This document shows, piece by piece, positions 63,871-64,000 of a stretch of DNA of 64,000 bases. The stretch spans positions 579,958-643,957 of the forward strand of contig NMRA01000071.1 in assembly GCA_002633005.1 (NCBI GenBank), given 5' to 3'. Each line of letters opens with the position of its first letter. The stretch's first letter is position 1. Both the position numbers and the translations under genes were made by a program. A model generated the notes under the pieces. It did not search any database, was not told where the DNA came from, and was given only the letters and a program-made list of their open reading frames with translations. Origin of the DNA: Phoronis australis. Lineage: Eukaryota > Animalia > Phoronida.

Positions 63871-64000
63871 ATAGATGAACGAGGTACCAACATCTGACCA
63901 CGGGAGCATTTAAAGTCCACCTCAGTATGTACAGAAATGGACGTCTGCCGTTGTCTGCACTCTGGGTGTGACCCCTGGGGGCCTTACAAAGACCCCAAAA

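Overview
This is eukaryotic (animal) genomic DNA, about 38% GC by eye, with GT-AG introns, many minisatellites and many non-autonomous DNA transposons. The repeat styles suggest a lophotrochozoan or similar marine invertebrate, but that is inference. Four recognisable spliced genes could be assembled exon by exon with consistent intron phases: NGLY1/PNGase (+, 25063-33200, 6 exons, 662 aa); fructose-1,6-bisphosphatase (-, 43832-34577, 7 exons, 340 aa); an FBXO33-like F-box protein (+, 44365-47441, 4 exons, ~465 aa), head-to-head with FBPase; and an 11-ankyrin plus death-domain protein (+, 53165-58273, 5 exons, ~471 aa). A fifth gene that the ORF track does not reveal was reconstructed at 10191-18144 (+, 7 exons, ~357 aa); it encodes a basic-then-acidic, probably nuclear protein I cannot assign to a family. 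Mobile DNA includes a 3.2-kb TIR element and several MITEs with 5-bp TSDs (hAT5-like), a DINE-1/HINE-like modular repeat that repeatedly carries CTCF-consensus motifs, other MITEs, and a decayed Gypsy integrase with PPT and short LTR at the right edge. Two duplications around single Ns are assembly artefacts. I found no rRNA, tRNA or CRISPR array. All coordinates were read by hand and no database searches were run.
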